64,000 nucleotides of DNA from Halobacteriota archaeon (GTDB lineage Archaea > Halobacteriota > Syntropharchaeia > Alkanophagales > Methanospirareceae). A program made the translations under genes and the position numbers. How positions within the stretch are numbered: the first letter of the stretch is position 1; every line of letters begins with the position of its first letter. Below the pieces are notes generated by a model. The model was given only the letters and a program-made list of their open reading frames with translations. It did no database searches and had not been told where the DNA came from. The stretch spans positions 23,541-87,540 of the forward strand of contig JBAQFZ010000008.1 of assembly GCA_049287525.1 (NCBI GenBank). Direction: 5' to 3'. Shown here piece by piece: positions 1 to 10,055 of the stretch.

Positions 1-383
1 CCCTCTAAGGTATTGATGGAGTATGAGCGTTCCTCCGCATGGGGAATACCCAAAAAAGTCGGCTCAACACCGAGAGATAGTACGAGATAATCATAAGAGA
101 TGTCTCCTGCGTCCCCAGCAGTCTTCACTATTTTACTCGTGAAATCAATGGATACAACTTCTTGATTTATGAATTTCGCACCTATCTTCGCGGCATATTT
201 ATTTAAAGCCGCGGATATACCGGCTGGTCTGACCTTGCCACTCAATATCTCTGGAAGTGCCGCCAAGTATTCAAATCTCGCCCGGCGGTCTATCATAGAA
301 ATATCGAGCTCTTTTGTGCGTTTCCGTAACGCCCTTACGACTTCTAGACCGGCAAAGCCACAGCCTATCACGACAACTTTCAT
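1..383 (-). CDS. FAD/NAD-binding pyridine nucleotide-disulfide oxidoreductase (NDH-2 / sulfide:quinone reductase-like); C-terminus outside window
   Basis: Manual reverse-strand translation from ATG at 383 gives MKVVVIGCGFAGLEVVRALRKR... (GxGxxG dinucleotide-binding motif). It reads open to the window edge. It is absent from the ORF track because it is truncated. Confidence 0.55.
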   Translation of the reverse strand, partial: MKVVVIGCGFAGLEVVRALRKRTKELDISMIDRRARFEYLAALPEILSGKVRPAGISAALNKYAAKIGAKFINQEVVSIDFTSKIVKTAGDAGDISYDYLVLSLGVEPTFLGIPHAEERSYSINTLE

Positions 384-413
384 TCTACCACAGGATGTAG
401 CGCAATTAACTTC

Positions 414-884
414 TTACAGTACCTTTCTCATCAGAATCGCACCTTCACCGTCTTTGTAATAAAACGGGATAAACCCAACCTCCTGAAAGCCCGTACTTCT
501 ATATAATCGCTGTGCTATCTGGTTCCTTGCCCGCACCTCCAGTCGCACAAACCCTACCTTTCGCTTCCTCAGCGTATTAAAAGCCGCTTTTAATAACACT
601 CGTCCCACACCCTGGCCTCTATATCTCGAATCCACCGCAAGTGCAAATATCCGCCCATCGCCCTCCTCCGTTAATACCAGAACCACGAACCCTATCACAC
701 TTTCATCTTTCTCTACCACCAGGAAACCCCCGTGCCATTCTTCATATAACTCCAGATACAATGCCGAATCGCCATCCAGCAATGATTCTTCTTCTATCTC
801 CATCACTCTTCTGATGTCTGGTAGTTCAAAAATCCGCATTTTTATCACGAGCCCTTTTGTCGTGCTAATCACCATCGGTTTCAT
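414..884 (-). CDS. GNAT family N-acetyltransferase (RimI-like)
   Basis: 156 aa; acetyl-CoA binding motif RGQGVGRVLL and typical GNAT topology. Confidence 0.75.
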   Translation of the reverse strand: MKPMVISTTKGLVIKMRIFELPDIRRVMEIEEESLLDGDSALYLELYEEWHGGFLVVEKDESVIGFVVLVLTEEGDGRIFALAVDSRYRGQGVGRVLLKAAFNTLRKRKVGFVRLEVRARNQIAQRLYRSTGFQEVGFIPFYYKDGEGAILMRKVL

Positions 885-942
885 ATTTCTATTCTTTTAT
901 ATCCTGGGATCAAGTATAATTTGTAGTTGTCATCTGGATATT

Positions 943-1236
943 TCATTCTTCTTGCTCCTCTTTAAGCGTATACCGGATCACGAGCTCGGCTATCTGCCTC
1001 ATCATCTCCGCGTTTAAGCAGCAATCAGCGCTACGCCTCTTTCCCGCCCGCATACACCATTTATCTATCACTTCGTTCTCACGTTCCATGTCTGCAAGAG
1101 GCCTGTTCATCCTCACTTTCACGTCCTTTGCCTGTTGCGCATATCGCATCCTTTTTGACAGTAGATCCGCAATGGCATCGTCTATTTCATCTATCCTCTC
1201 CCTTATCTCTCTCAGTTCCTCTTCACCCGATGTCAT
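943..1236 (-). CDS. chorismate mutase (AroQ class)
   Basis: The C-terminal 98 aa of ORF 943..1434 read MTSGEEELREIRERIDEIDDAIADLLSKRMRYAQQ..., an AroQ helical signature. The N-terminal 66 codons of the track ORF look like a spurious low-complexity extension. Confidence 0.65.
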   Translation of the reverse strand: MTSGEEELREIRERIDEIDDAIADLLSKRMRYAQQAKDVKVRMNRPLADMERENEVIDKWCMRAGKRRSADCCLNAEMMRQIAELVIRYTLKEEQEE

Positions 1237-1436
1237 CTCCCTCACATCACTTTTATACATAATGAGGCTAAAATAAGAACAGAGCATGATGTCGCTGCAA
1301 GATAACGAAGGCGAAGCAGAACAAAAGCCTCCGGATAGGTGGGAACGAACGGAGGTAAGCACAGGGATGAATAAGGGGAATAGAGGGCATAAGAAGTGCC
1401 GATGGGATAGAGCGGGTGATATAAATAGGTACAAAT

Positions 1437-2693
1437 ATGAGAATACGAGAGCGGGATATGGAGAAGAGAACCTTCAAGAGTCGTGTCTATTCCTTCTTCC
1501 AGAGCTTCTCCGATGTCTTCAGACAAGCGCCGTTTTCTCTGCTCTTTTGCGCGTTCACCGGTCTTCTGGCTGGAATTGCTTTGAGTGCGATGTCCGGTAT
1601 GTTGCAACTGCTTCCCGGTCTAATGATCCTCATTCCCCCTGCGATTGGTATGCGTGGTAATGTATATAGCGCACTCGTATCCCGATTGGGCACATCCATG
1701 CACCTCGGTCTTTTCTCACCTACGCTAAAAAAAGGAGGTGTGTTGCAGCTGAATGCGCATGCGTCTTTAATATTAACACTCATCTTCTCCATTATTCTCG
1801 GCTTCTTAGCGAAATTAGTAGCAGAAGCGTTTGGAGTATTTAGTATTCCGCTTCACGAATTCATCCTCATTTCGGTAATCGGCGGTTTAATCTCCGGCAT
1901 TGTGCTGCTCGGCATCTCTATTCTCGTATCTATTACCGGCTACAATAGAAATTGGAACATAGATAACGTGTCTTCGCCTATAATAACCTCCGCGGGTGAC
2001 ATGATTACCATACCGTCATTGTTCTTCGCTGCTAGCCTGATCTTAAAGCTAAACAAGCTCAAGTTCATGGGCTGGCTATCCCCGGTCACGCTATTATCTA
2101 TTTTATTCATCTCGCTATATTGTGCCGTAAAAGTGCTGAAATCAAACAATGTGGAATTAAGACGTATCCTGTTCGAAAGCATCCCGATGCTTCTCATCTG
2201 TGGCACTCTCTCCACGTTCGCAGGGATAATACTGAATATGAAGCTGGAACAACTGATTGCTAACACTGCCATTTTAGTCATGGTCCCGCCTTTTTTGGGT
2301 GTGAATAACGGATTAGGTGGCATATTAAGTGCACGACTCTCTTCTATGCTTCATATCGGTACGGTAAATCCCCAAAAGTTCCCGGATAGGCGTGTATCTG
2401 CTAATTTTACCGTGATATATCTCCTTTCCTTACTCATATTTTCAGTTGTTGGCGGAATGTCTTACGTTGTGACTCTTCCTGCGGGCACACAGGGAGTATT
2501 AGAACTGTTAGCCCTATCCATTTTGGGCGGTGTATTATGCACCACCTTTCTCAACTTCGCATCCTATTACATTGCTATAATCTCCTTCAGGTTTGGATTG
2601 GACCCGGACAACGAAACTATTCCTCTGATAACCAGCTTGACCGACGTCGTAGGTGTTTTATGCCTCCTGTTTGCGATGATGGTGATTCTGTAA
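1437..2693 (+). CDS. MgtE/SLC41-like divalent cation transporter (two MgtE-type membrane repeats)
   Basis: 418 aa polytopic membrane protein. GLDPDNETIPLITSLTDVVGVL resembles the MgtE PDN-motif membrane domain, and an internal duplicated repeat is visible. Confidence 0.55.
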   Translation: MRIRERDMEKRTFKSRVYSFFQSFSDVFRQAPFSLLFCAFTGLLAGIALSAMSGMLQLLPGLMILIPPAIGMRGNVYSALVSRLGTSMHLGLFSPTLKKGGVLQLNAHASLILTLIFSIILGFLAKLVAEAFGVFSIPLHEFILISVIGGLISGIVLLGISILVSITGYNRNWNIDNVSSPIITSAGDMITIPSLFFAASLILKLNKLKFMGWLSPVTLLSILFISLYCAVKVLKSNNVELRRILFESIPMLLICGTLSTFAGIILNMKLEQLIANTAILVMVPPFLGVNNGLGGILSARLSSMLHIGTVNPQKFPDRRVSANFTVIYLLSLLIFSVVGGMSYVVTLPAGTQGVLELLALSILGGVLCTTFLNFASYYIAIISFRFGLDPDNETIPLITSLTDVVGVLCLLFAMMVIL

Positions 2694-2750
2694 CCCACCG
2701 GTTTTTCTTTTGATAATGCTTTTGCTTTGCTAATGTAATGGAACCGCGAA

Positions 2751-3488
2751 GTGGTACAAAAGAAGAGGTTTGTTTCAATGCAACTACCAACGAAATATAG
2801 TAGTGGCTGTAAGAGCATAGACGAGCTGTTAGGTGGTGGATTCGAGGCAGGCACTGTAACACAGTTGTACGGTGAGGCGGGTAGTGGAAAGACCAATATA
2901 TGCCTCCAGGCAGCGATAGGCTGTGCAAAAAAGGGTAAGACTGTGATTTATATAGACAGTGAAGGCTTCTCACCGGAAAGGTTCATACAAATAGCACGCG
3001 CAGATCGCGAAGTAGAAGCAGTAGAACGCATAGCACGGCGGATTATGATATACGAACCACAGAGTTTCGAGCAGCAAATGTCGTGCATAAAAGAGATAGA
3101 GCAGGAGATAAAGGAGATGAAGGAGGTGGCACTCGTCATACTGGACTCAGCCACCCTATTTTATCGCTTAGAGCTGGACGATGAAAGAAGCATCTATTTG
3201 CGGCGTGTACTGGCGAACCAGATAATGAATCTGCTGGAACTCGCGCGCAATCATGACCTCGCGGTTATAATAACCAATCAGGTCTATACGGATATAGAGA
3301 ATGGTAAATTACGCCCTTCTGGTGGCTATGCACTGGAGCATCTATCGAAGATAATCGTGCAGCTTGAGAAAGCGGCGGAAGGGCGGGGCAAAAGAAAAGC
3401 GGTCTTAAAGAAGCACAGGTCTATGCCCGAAGATACCTCATGCGTCTTCTTTATTACGGGTCATGGCGTGGAAGATAGAAGCTCATGA
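2751..3488 (+). CDS. radB: DNA repair/recombination protein RadB
   Basis: Walker A motif GEAGSGKTNICLQ, RecA-like core, and ~230 aa length typical of archaeal RadB. Confidence 0.8.
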   Translation: MVQKKRFVSMQLPTKYSSGCKSIDELLGGGFEAGTVTQLYGEAGSGKTNICLQAAIGCAKKGKTVIYIDSEGFSPERFIQIARADREVEAVERIARRIMIYEPQSFEQQMSCIKEIEQEIKEMKEVALVILDSATLFYRLELDDERSIYLRRVLANQIMNLLELARNHDLAVIITNQVYTDIENGKLRPSGGYALEHLSKIIVQLEKAAEGRGKRKAVLKKHRSMPEDTSCVFFITGHGVEDRSS

Positions 3489-3601
3489 AAAATGATTGCT
3501 TGTTCAGGCACTTCTCTTCAATATTATTTCTCTGGTAAACCCTTCCTTTATTAAAGGCAGATTTTTTTTATGTTAAAACGGAAGAGAGGAAGGCGTGAAA
3601 A

Positions 3602-4030
3602 ATGGTAGGAGAAGAGGAGATAAAGCTGGGGTTTGTCGTATCCGAGTTTCACCGGGACATCACGTACCAGATGGAGATACTGGGGCAAGAGCACGCGGAT
3701 TTCCTGGGTGCGAACGTTTTCCGGACTCTATACGTTCCGGGAACTTTTGACATGCCGTTAGCCGTGAAGGAACTGCTATGCGATGAAGAAGTGGATGCCG
3801 TGGTTACATTGGGCTGTATAATAGAAGGAGCAACGAAACATGACGAGATAATAGCGGCACAGTTCACGAGAAAGATAATGGACCTTTCACTGGAGTACAA
3901 AAAACCCGTGGCTCTGGGTGTATCCGGACCCGGGATGACCCGGTTAGAAGCCCAGGAACGTGTAGATTATGCAAAAAGGGCGGTAGAATCGGCAGTGAAG
4001 ATGGTGAAGCGAATGAGGGAGATCAAATAA
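3602..4030 (+). CDS. ribH: 6,7-dimethyl-8-ribityllumazine synthase (archaeal type)
   Basis: Motifs GFVVSEFHRDIT, VPGTFDMPLAVKELL, VVTLGCIIEGATKHDE and GVSGPGMTRLEAQERVDYAKRAV match archaeal lumazine synthase throughout. Confidence 0.85.
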   Translation: MVGEEEIKLGFVVSEFHRDITYQMEILGQEHADFLGANVFRTLYVPGTFDMPLAVKELLCDEEVDAVVTLGCIIEGATKHDEIIAAQFTRKIMDLSLEYKKPVALGVSGPGMTRLEAQERVDYAKRAVESAVKMVKRMREIK

Positions 4031-4109
4031 ACAGTTCGGAGCAGGTTGGTTTTTTGCACCACCTGAGTTCTTTCGTTCTTATGTAGCCTCAGAACTCCAT
4101 ATAAATAGA

Positions 4110-5093
4110 ATGGAAACGATAAAATCTATATTGATTGCAGCTAGTTTATTATTCCTGGTGGTTGTAGCAGGGACAGTTGGCTTCTGGTATCTCGAAGGAC
4201 TCCCTCTCTTCGATGCTTTATACTTAACTATCACTACCGTTACCACGGTGGGATACGGCGATATCGTGCCGGAGACACAGGGCGGTAAAATATTCACGGT
4301 GGTATTGGTCATAGCAGGCACTGGCATAACCTTATATGCGCTAGTTGAGATAATGGGAGCAGTATTAGAAGGAAGATTAAGCAAAGCTTTTGGTCTCGCG
4401 AGGGTAAAGAGAAGCGTGGCGAAGATGAAGAACCATAAGATAATATGTGGCGGTGGACGTACCGGGAACATAGTAGCAGATGAATTTAGAAGAGCGGGTT
4501 TGACGTTTGTGGTGATTGAGCACGACCCGGAGATAGCAAAAAAACTGAGGCGGGATGATAGATCCGTAATAGAAGGAGATGCCACAAGTGATGAGATCTT
4601 GATAGAAGCGGGTGTGGAACATGCTTCCGGACTGGTGTCCACGCTGCCTTCGGATTGTAGCAATTTATTGCTCTGTATTACGGCAAGAGACCTGAACAAG
4701 AATATAGAGTTAGTTGCACGAGCGAGTTCTAAAGAGGCTGCTAAGAGATTATACAGCATAGGCGTGAAAAAAGTGGTGATTGTGGAAGAAATAGGTGGTC
4801 GCAGGTTAGCAAAGAGCTTAACAAAGCCGGCAATCGAGGCTTTCCTGGATTTCGCAACGAAGACAGGTGAAGCCTCTTTGGAGAGTCTAAAAGTGGAGCA
4901 CGGCACGAAGATTGCAAATAAGAAGATAAAAGACCTGAGGTTAAAGGAGAAGATAGGCGCGACTATTCTCGCTATCATACGGGATGATAAAGTCATATCG
5001 AACGTAGGGCCTGAGGACGAATTAAGAGAGGGCGATACCGTTGTGGTCATAGGAAAGAAAGAATCGGTCGAGAAGTTTGAGAAACTGGATTGA
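4110..5093 (+). CDS. MthK-like Ca-gated potassium channel (2TM pore + TrkA-N/RCK + TrkA-C)
   Basis: K+ selectivity filter TTVGYGD; RCK Rossmann motif IICGGGRTG; C-terminal TrkA-C domain. Confidence 0.85.
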   Translation: METIKSILIAASLLFLVVVAGTVGFWYLEGLPLFDALYLTITTVTTVGYGDIVPETQGGKIFTVVLVIAGTGITLYALVEIMGAVLEGRLSKAFGLARVKRSVAKMKNHKIICGGGRTGNIVADEFRRAGLTFVVIEHDPEIAKKLRRDDRSVIEGDATSDEILIEAGVEHASGLVSTLPSDCSNLLLCITARDLNKNIELVARASSKEAAKRLYSIGVKKVVIVEEIGGRRLAKSLTKPAIEAFLDFATKTGEASLESLKVEHGTKIANKKIKDLRLKEKIGATILAIIRDDKVISNVGPEDELREGDTVVVIGKKESVEKFEKLD

Positions 5094-5217
5094 TTCACTA
5101 TGACAGACAAACCGTTACAAAGATACAATGCTGGTGTAGAGATAGGGGTAGGGATAGAGAGCGATTTCGAGCGTTTCGGGAATATCTATCCGCTTGCTGA
5201 AGCCACCTCCTCACCTC

Positions 5218-5385
5218 CTATTTCTTTCGGAACTCGGCGTAGCCACATTTGCCACATGAATACCGATCTTTATGTTCCGCTAAAAACACGCCGGCTCCAC
5301 ATCTTGGACATATCTTCCGCGTCCTGCGTACTTTCACTTCGCCTTTTTCTTCTATCACTTCATAAAGCTTATGTATCCCTGCCAT
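5218..5385 (-). CDS. rps27ae: 30S ribosomal protein S27ae (zinc ribbon)
   Basis: Not in the ORF track (55 aa). Manual translation gives [55 protein letters not shown] with a C4 zinc ribbon. A GGAGG sits 10 nt upstream. The gene lies 6 nt downstream of S24e, as in archaeal operons. Confidence 0.8.
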   Translation of the reverse strand: MAGIHKLYEVIEEKGEVKVRRTRKICPRCGAGVFLAEHKDRYSCGKCGYAEFRKK

Positions 5386-5391
5386 AATCTC

Positions 5392-5700
5392 CTATTCCTC
5401 CTTGCCTGCGCCAAAATTACGCTCTATTATATGCTCTCGTTCTATCGCTTTTAACCTATCCTCCCTCTCATATACCTTTGCATACCCTACCGTCTCTCTC
5501 TTACCGAATTCCTGCCTCATCCAATCTATCACGAGCAGGTCGGAACCACACCGAAGCTCCTTTATTAAAACAGTTCGTGCTTCTTCTCTGCTCGGTGACG
5601 CCCCTCCCTCTTCCCCGTCTCCTTTGTACTTTAACCTGAAAAAAACTTCTCTACGCTTCAGTAATTCGTTATTCCACTCTTCTACGATTTCTATCTCCAT
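5392..5700 (-). CDS. rps24e: 30S ribosomal protein S24e
   Basis: MEIEIVEEWNNELLKRREVFFRLKYKG...GASPSREEARTVL matches the S24e family. Confidence 0.85.
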   Translation of the reverse strand: MEIEIVEEWNNELLKRREVFFRLKYKGDGEEGGASPSREEARTVLIKELRCGSDLLVIDWMRQEFGKRETVGYAKVYEREDRLKAIEREHIIERNFGAGKEE

Positions 5701-5706
5701 TTTCCT

Positions 5707-5892
5707 TTACCTCACTTTCAATGCGTACCGCCCTTCTTTATTCAACTCTAATCTCTGCGCTATCTCCGAACTCGCGGCATCTACAATCACCACATAACCG
5801 TTCCAGTCTTTACTGATGGAATTAGAGCCACACTTGCAGACCGATTTACCTTCTTCTACTATCCGATGACAATCCCTACATGCCTTCTCCAT
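5707..5892 (-). CDS. spt4: transcription elongation factor Spt4 (RNAP subunit E'' )
   Basis: 61 aa, zinc ribbon CRDC...CKCG, located directly downstream of rpoE as in archaea. Confidence 0.75.
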   Translation of the reverse strand: MEKACRDCHRIVEEGKSVCKCGSNSISKDWNGYVVIVDAASSEIAQRLELNKEGRYALKVR

Positions 5893-6461
5893 TACTCCGC
5901 TTCCACTTTCTGTTCTCTCTCACGCTCTTCCTCTAACCATTCTATCTTTCCCAGCCCCGGCTGACGCATCGTCAGACCAATTTTGCTGTCTCCAGGGTCC
6001 CTATCGTTCAACGAAATCGCGACTATCCTGGTTCGCACACGATCTCCCTCTCCTAAAGTCCTATTAGTCTCCTTACTCACGAGTTTTGCGCCCTTTTCGT
6101 CATACGAGATGTATTCGTCTATTATCTGGCTGATATGCAGCAAGCCATCTAAAGGTCCTATCTCTACAAACGCGCCAAATTCCACTATCTCCACTATTTG
6201 CCCTTCCACTATCTCCTGCATCCGTGGTCTAAAGACGAGTACATCAAAGACCGTTTCGTAATAAACGCCACTATCTCCTATCATTATCCGCCCTTCTTTC
6301 GTATCCACAACATCCAGTATCGCAATGAACATACCTACCTTCTTATCCATTCGCCCTTCCAGCTTCTCCTGTAATATCTCTTTCACGGTAAGCTGCAGAT
6401 TATCCCCCAATCTCTCCGCTGGCACCCTAACTACATCAATCGCTCTTATCTTTACGTACAT
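5892..6461 (-). CDS. rpoE: DNA-directed RNA polymerase subunit E (Rpo7, S1 domain)
   Basis: MYVKIRAIDVVRVP... N-terminal domain plus an S1-like fold; length 189 aa. Confidence 0.85.
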   Translation of the reverse strand: MYVKIRAIDVVRVPAERLGDNLQLTVKEILQEKLEGRMDKKVGMFIAILDVVDTKEGRIMIGDSGVYYETVFDVLVFRPRMQEIVEGQIVEIVEFGAFVEIGPLDGLLHISQIIDEYISYDEKGAKLVSKETNRTLGEGDRVRTRIVAISLNDRDPGDSKIGLTMRQPGLGKIEWLEEEREREQKVEAE

Positions 6462-8877
6462 CTATCTCCTTCTCCGCCTCTACTACATGTAACCTCGTGG
6501 CTATTATCGCATCCGGGTTCAGCGACATCGAGTCTATCCCACACTCGACCAGGAACTCTGCGAATTCCGGGAAATCACTCGGCGCCTGTCCACAAATCCC
6601 TATCTTCCTCTTCGGTTTGTGGTTGTGCGCTACATCTATGACATACTTTACCAATCGCTTCACCGCCTCGTTCCTTTCGTCGAATATGTGTGATACCAGG
6701 TCAGAATCACGGTCCAAACCCAGAGTCAATTGCGTTAAATCATTTGACCCTATGCTGAACCCATCAAACACATCCGCAAACTCATCTGCCATCACGACAT
6801 TAGAGGGGATTTCGCACATCACGTACACTTCCAGCCCATTTTCACCCTGTTTCAAGCCGAACTCATCCATCGTTTCTATCACTTTTCTGCCCTCTTCTGG
6901 TGTTCTACAAAAGGGAATCATCACTTTTACGTTTGTCAGTCCCATCTCATCTCTGACCTTCTTTATCGCTGCGCATTCCAATCCAAATGCCGCCTTGAAT
7001 TTATCATCATAATAGCGTGATGCTCCCCTCCACCCGAGCATCGGGTTACTTTCTTCCGGCTCGTAGAGATACCCACCGATTAAATTCCCATATTCGTTCG
7101 TCTTGAAGTCTGATAACCGCACAATCACTTCATTGGGATAGAATCCCGCTGCGATTCGCCCTATGCCCATTGCCAGATTGTCAACGAAGAATTGCACTTT
7201 ATCCGTATACGTGCTACTTCTCGCATCTATCATCTTTATTACCCGCGCTATCTTCTTATCTTCGCGCGCGCTATTCTTTAGCTTATCATAATTTACGAGT
7301 GCCAGGGGATGGATGCCGATATAAGAATTGATAATAAATTCCTCACGGGCTAAACCCACGCCGTCATTCGGAATTTGACCATGAGAAAAGGCGTTCTCCG
7401 GTACACTCACATTCATCATTATCCGTGTGCGTGGTCTGGGAAGTTGGTCCAATAGCACCTTATTTAACCGGTACTTCAATTTGCCCTCATATACCCTCCC
7501 TATACCCTCAGAACAGTCTACTGTAACCTCTTTCACATCTTTTAACACCCTTGTTCCCTTTACGGAGCCAATAACACACGGTATTCCAAGTTCGCGTGAA
7601 ATGATAGCGGCATGGCAGGTTCTTCCTCCTCTGTTCGTAACAAGCGCAGCAGCCATCTTCATTATCGGCTCCCAGTCAGGGTCCGTCATATCTGTCACCA
7701 GAACCTGTCCGGGCTCGAATTTATTGATTCCCCTGGCGTGCTCTATTACATTCACTCTACCCTGCCCGATTTTAGTACCAACCGCCTCACCCGTGACTAA
7801 CAGCCGCCCTTCTTCTTTAAGCAAATCCCTGTCCTCTTCGAGCACGTAAGTCTCGAGTACGGCAACGTCCCGTTGTGAATGTACCGTTTCAGGTCTCGCC
7901 TGGACTATGAACAGTTCATTGGTTATGCCATCCTTCGCCCATTCGATGTCCATCGGCTTGCCATAATGGTCTTCTATAATGCACGTCCAGCGCGCGAGTG
8001 TAAGCACTTCCTCATCACTCAACACGAACGTTTCCCGCTCATCGGGCGTGACTTTTCTTTGCTTTGTTCCCACACCATTCTCTTTATAAATCAATTTCTT
8101 CCGCTTTGCGCCTACTATCTTCCCCACGAGCGGTTTAAATCCTGATTTTAACGTGGGCTTAAAGACAAAAAACTGGTCGGGATTTACCGTACCTTGCACG
8201 ACATTCTCACCTAAGCCGTACGCACCGGTGATGTAAATAGCATCCTTAAATCCGGTTTCGGTATCTATGGAGAATATAACCCCCGCAGAGGCTAAATCGG
8301 AACGTACCATCTTTTGCACGCCAACAGAAAGGTACACGCTGAGATGATCAAATCCTTTGTCCACACGATAGGAAATCGCCCGATTTGTGAATAGAGAAGC
8401 AAAACATTCCATCACCTTCTCTATCAGTTCATCTTCGCCTCTTACATTTAAATACGTCTCTTGCTGACCTGCGAAACTCGCTGTCGGTAGATCCTCCGCG
8501 GTTGCACTGCTTCTCACTGCCACGTCCACATTTTCGCCATATCGCTTCTCCATCTCCCGGTATGCGGCTCTTATCTCCTCCTCAAGATCTGATGGACACG
8601 CGGCAGTCCTTATTAGCCGCCTTATTTTGCTGCCCCGTTTAGACAGGTTCGTCATGTCATGGGTGTCCAGATCCGCCAGCGTTTCTCTGATTTCTTCTAC
8701 TATTCCTGCTTCTCTAATCAGATATTTATATGCTTCGGCGGTGATGGCAAACCCGGAAGGGACGCCCACGCCCTTTGCTTGCAGGGTCCTTATCATCTCA
8801 CCGAGAGAAGCGTTTTTACCTCCAACCAATGCTATATCTTCTTTACCAACGGCATCAAACCATTTCACGAATTTCAT
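6436..8877 (-). CDS. ppsA: phosphoenolpyruvate synthase
   Basis: 813 aa; PEP-utilising enzyme mobile domain with GGRTCHAAIISRELGIPCVIG; N-terminal pyruvate phosphate dikinase domain; C-terminal TIM-barrel. Confidence 0.9.
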   Translation of the reverse strand: MKFVKWFDAVGKEDIALVGGKNASLGEMIRTLQAKGVGVPSGFAITAEAYKYLIREAGIVEEIRETLADLDTHDMTNLSKRGSKIRRLIRTAACPSDLEEEIRAAYREMEKRYGENVDVAVRSSATAEDLPTASFAGQQETYLNVRGEDELIEKVMECFASLFTNRAISYRVDKGFDHLSVYLSVGVQKMVRSDLASAGVIFSIDTETGFKDAIYITGAYGLGENVVQGTVNPDQFFVFKPTLKSGFKPLVGKIVGAKRKKLIYKENGVGTKQRKVTPDERETFVLSDEEVLTLARWTCIIEDHYGKPMDIEWAKDGITNELFIVQARPETVHSQRDVAVLETYVLEEDRDLLKEEGRLLVTGEAVGTKIGQGRVNVIEHARGINKFEPGQVLVTDMTDPDWEPIMKMAAALVTNRGGRTCHAAIISRELGIPCVIGSVKGTRVLKDVKEVTVDCSEGIGRVYEGKLKYRLNKVLLDQLPRPRTRIMMNVSVPENAFSHGQIPNDGVGLAREEFIINSYIGIHPLALVNYDKLKNSAREDKKIARVIKMIDARSSTYTDKVQFFVDNLAMGIGRIAAGFYPNEVIVRLSDFKTNEYGNLIGGYLYEPEESNPMLGWRGASRYYDDKFKAAFGLECAAIKKVRDEMGLTNVKVMIPFCRTPEEGRKVIETMDEFGLKQGENGLEVYVMCEIPSNVVMADEFADVFDGFSIGSNDLTQLTLGLDRDSDLVSHIFDERNEAVKRLVKYVIDVAHNHKPKRKIGICGQAPSDFPEFAEFLVECGIDSMSLNPDAIIATRLHVVEAEKEIDVRKDKSD

Positions 8878-8960
8878 GAGCTCTTCTCCCTATTTTTTAC
8901 ATCACACGCTGCGAGAAAGTTCATATTCATATAAATAGTATACATTTCACTATATATAAA

Positions 8961-9011
8961 AATAAGAGAGAATAAGAGAGAGGAATTAAAGCTACACTAC
9001 ACTACACTACA
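8961..9011. repeat. microsatellites in ppsA/argC intergenic: (ataagagaga)x2 and (ctaca)x4, with A/T-rich TATA-like boxes
   Basis: Direct reading gives aataagagagaataagagag ... ctacactacactacactaca. A TTTATATG-like TATA box lies ~26-35 nt upstream of the ppsA ATG on the minus strand. Confidence 0.5.
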
Positions 9012-9041
9012 ATGCAGCCAGGCATTTACGCAGCTCCGCAT

Positions 9042-10049
9042 TCAGGGCACCAATCCCGGGAACCACAGCCCTTCCTCTTCAACCAGCCCGAACATCACGT
9101 TCATATTCTGGACTGCCTGCCCGGAACCACCTTTAACCAGATTGTCTATTGCTGAAGTCACCACGACCCGATTGCTATCTGGCTCTATGGCAAAATTGAG
9201 GTCACAAAAGTTAGTCCCTCGCACCGCGTTCAATGATGGCGCCCCCTTCCTGAGTCGTATAAACTTCTTACCTGCGTAAAATCGGAGGTATATCGCTTCG
9301 AGTTCTTCCGTTCGTTTAAACCCGCTTCCTTTTAAGAAGACATGTGCGGTGGTAAGTATACCTCTGATCGCAGGGATGACATGCGGAGTGAAACTCACCT
9401 TCATGCCCAGCTCATTCCTCATCTCGGCTACATGCCGATGCTCCGTTATTTGATATGGTATGATATTCTCCGCAAGATTAGGGAAGTGAGTCATTTCTGA
9501 TGGTTCCGCACCCGCACCCGATATGCCTGACTTCGAATCGAATACTACCCCCTTCACCAGTCCCGTTTTCACCAGTGGGGCAACCGCAAGTATGGCACAT
9601 GTGGGATAGCATCCGGGATTCGCAACCAGATGGGCTTCTGCCACTTCGGGATGCAGTTCCGTCAGTCCGTATACCGCTTCTCGCTCCTCTTTGTCCTTGT
9701 GTTTACGGTTGTATACACGTTCATATTCTTCTCTCTTCAGCCGGTAGTCCGCACTCAGGTCTATCACCTTCGCACCTCGTTCCATTAACTCCGGCACGTA
9801 CTCCATTGCCGTTCCATGAGGCACCGCCACGAATACAATATCGCTTCTATCTGCTATCTCTCTCGTATCAACGTCTTCGTATTCGCATTCGATAAAAGGG
9901 AGAAGGTGTGGATACACATCGCATACTTTCTCGCCCTTGTATCTTCGGGACGTTACTACTGATATTTCTGCTTCAGGGTGCATCAGAAGCAGTCTTACTA
10001 ACTCAATGCCTGTGTATCCAGTTCCGCCGATTATGCCCACTTTTATCAT
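9042..10049 (-). CDS. argC: N-acetyl-gamma-glutamyl-phosphate reductase
   Basis: MIKVGIIGGTGYTGIELVRLL N-terminus; catalytic Cys in ANPGCYPT; 335 aa. Confidence 0.9.
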   Translation of the reverse strand: MIKVGIIGGTGYTGIELVRLLLMHPEAEISVVTSRRYKGEKVCDVYPHLLPFIECEYEDVDTREIADRSDIVFVAVPHGTAMEYVPELMERGAKVIDLSADYRLKREEYERVYNRKHKDKEEREAVYGLTELHPEVAEAHLVANPGCYPTCAILAVAPLVKTGLVKGVVFDSKSGISGAGAEPSEMTHFPNLAENIIPYQITEHRHVAEMRNELGMKVSFTPHVIPAIRGILTTAHVFLKGSGFKRTEELEAIYLRFYAGKKFIRLRKGAPSLNAVRGTNFCDLNFAIEPDSNRVVVTSAIDNLVKGGSGQAVQNMNVMFGLVEEEGLWFPGLVP

Positions 10050-10055
10050 TTGACT

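Noticed and set aside
169-459. 96-aa plus-strand ORF
   Set aside because: It lies antisense to the minus-strand oxidoreductase and GNAT genes, which have clear family motifs. The ORF is low complexity with no signal of its own.
4079-5128. 349-aa minus-strand ORF
   Set aside because: It is the antisense shadow of the MthK channel gene. The Ser/Thr/Ile-rich composition is typical of reverse-frame translation.
6497-7012. 171-aa plus-strand ORF inside ppsA
   Set aside because: Antisense to a strongly supported PEP synthase reading frame.
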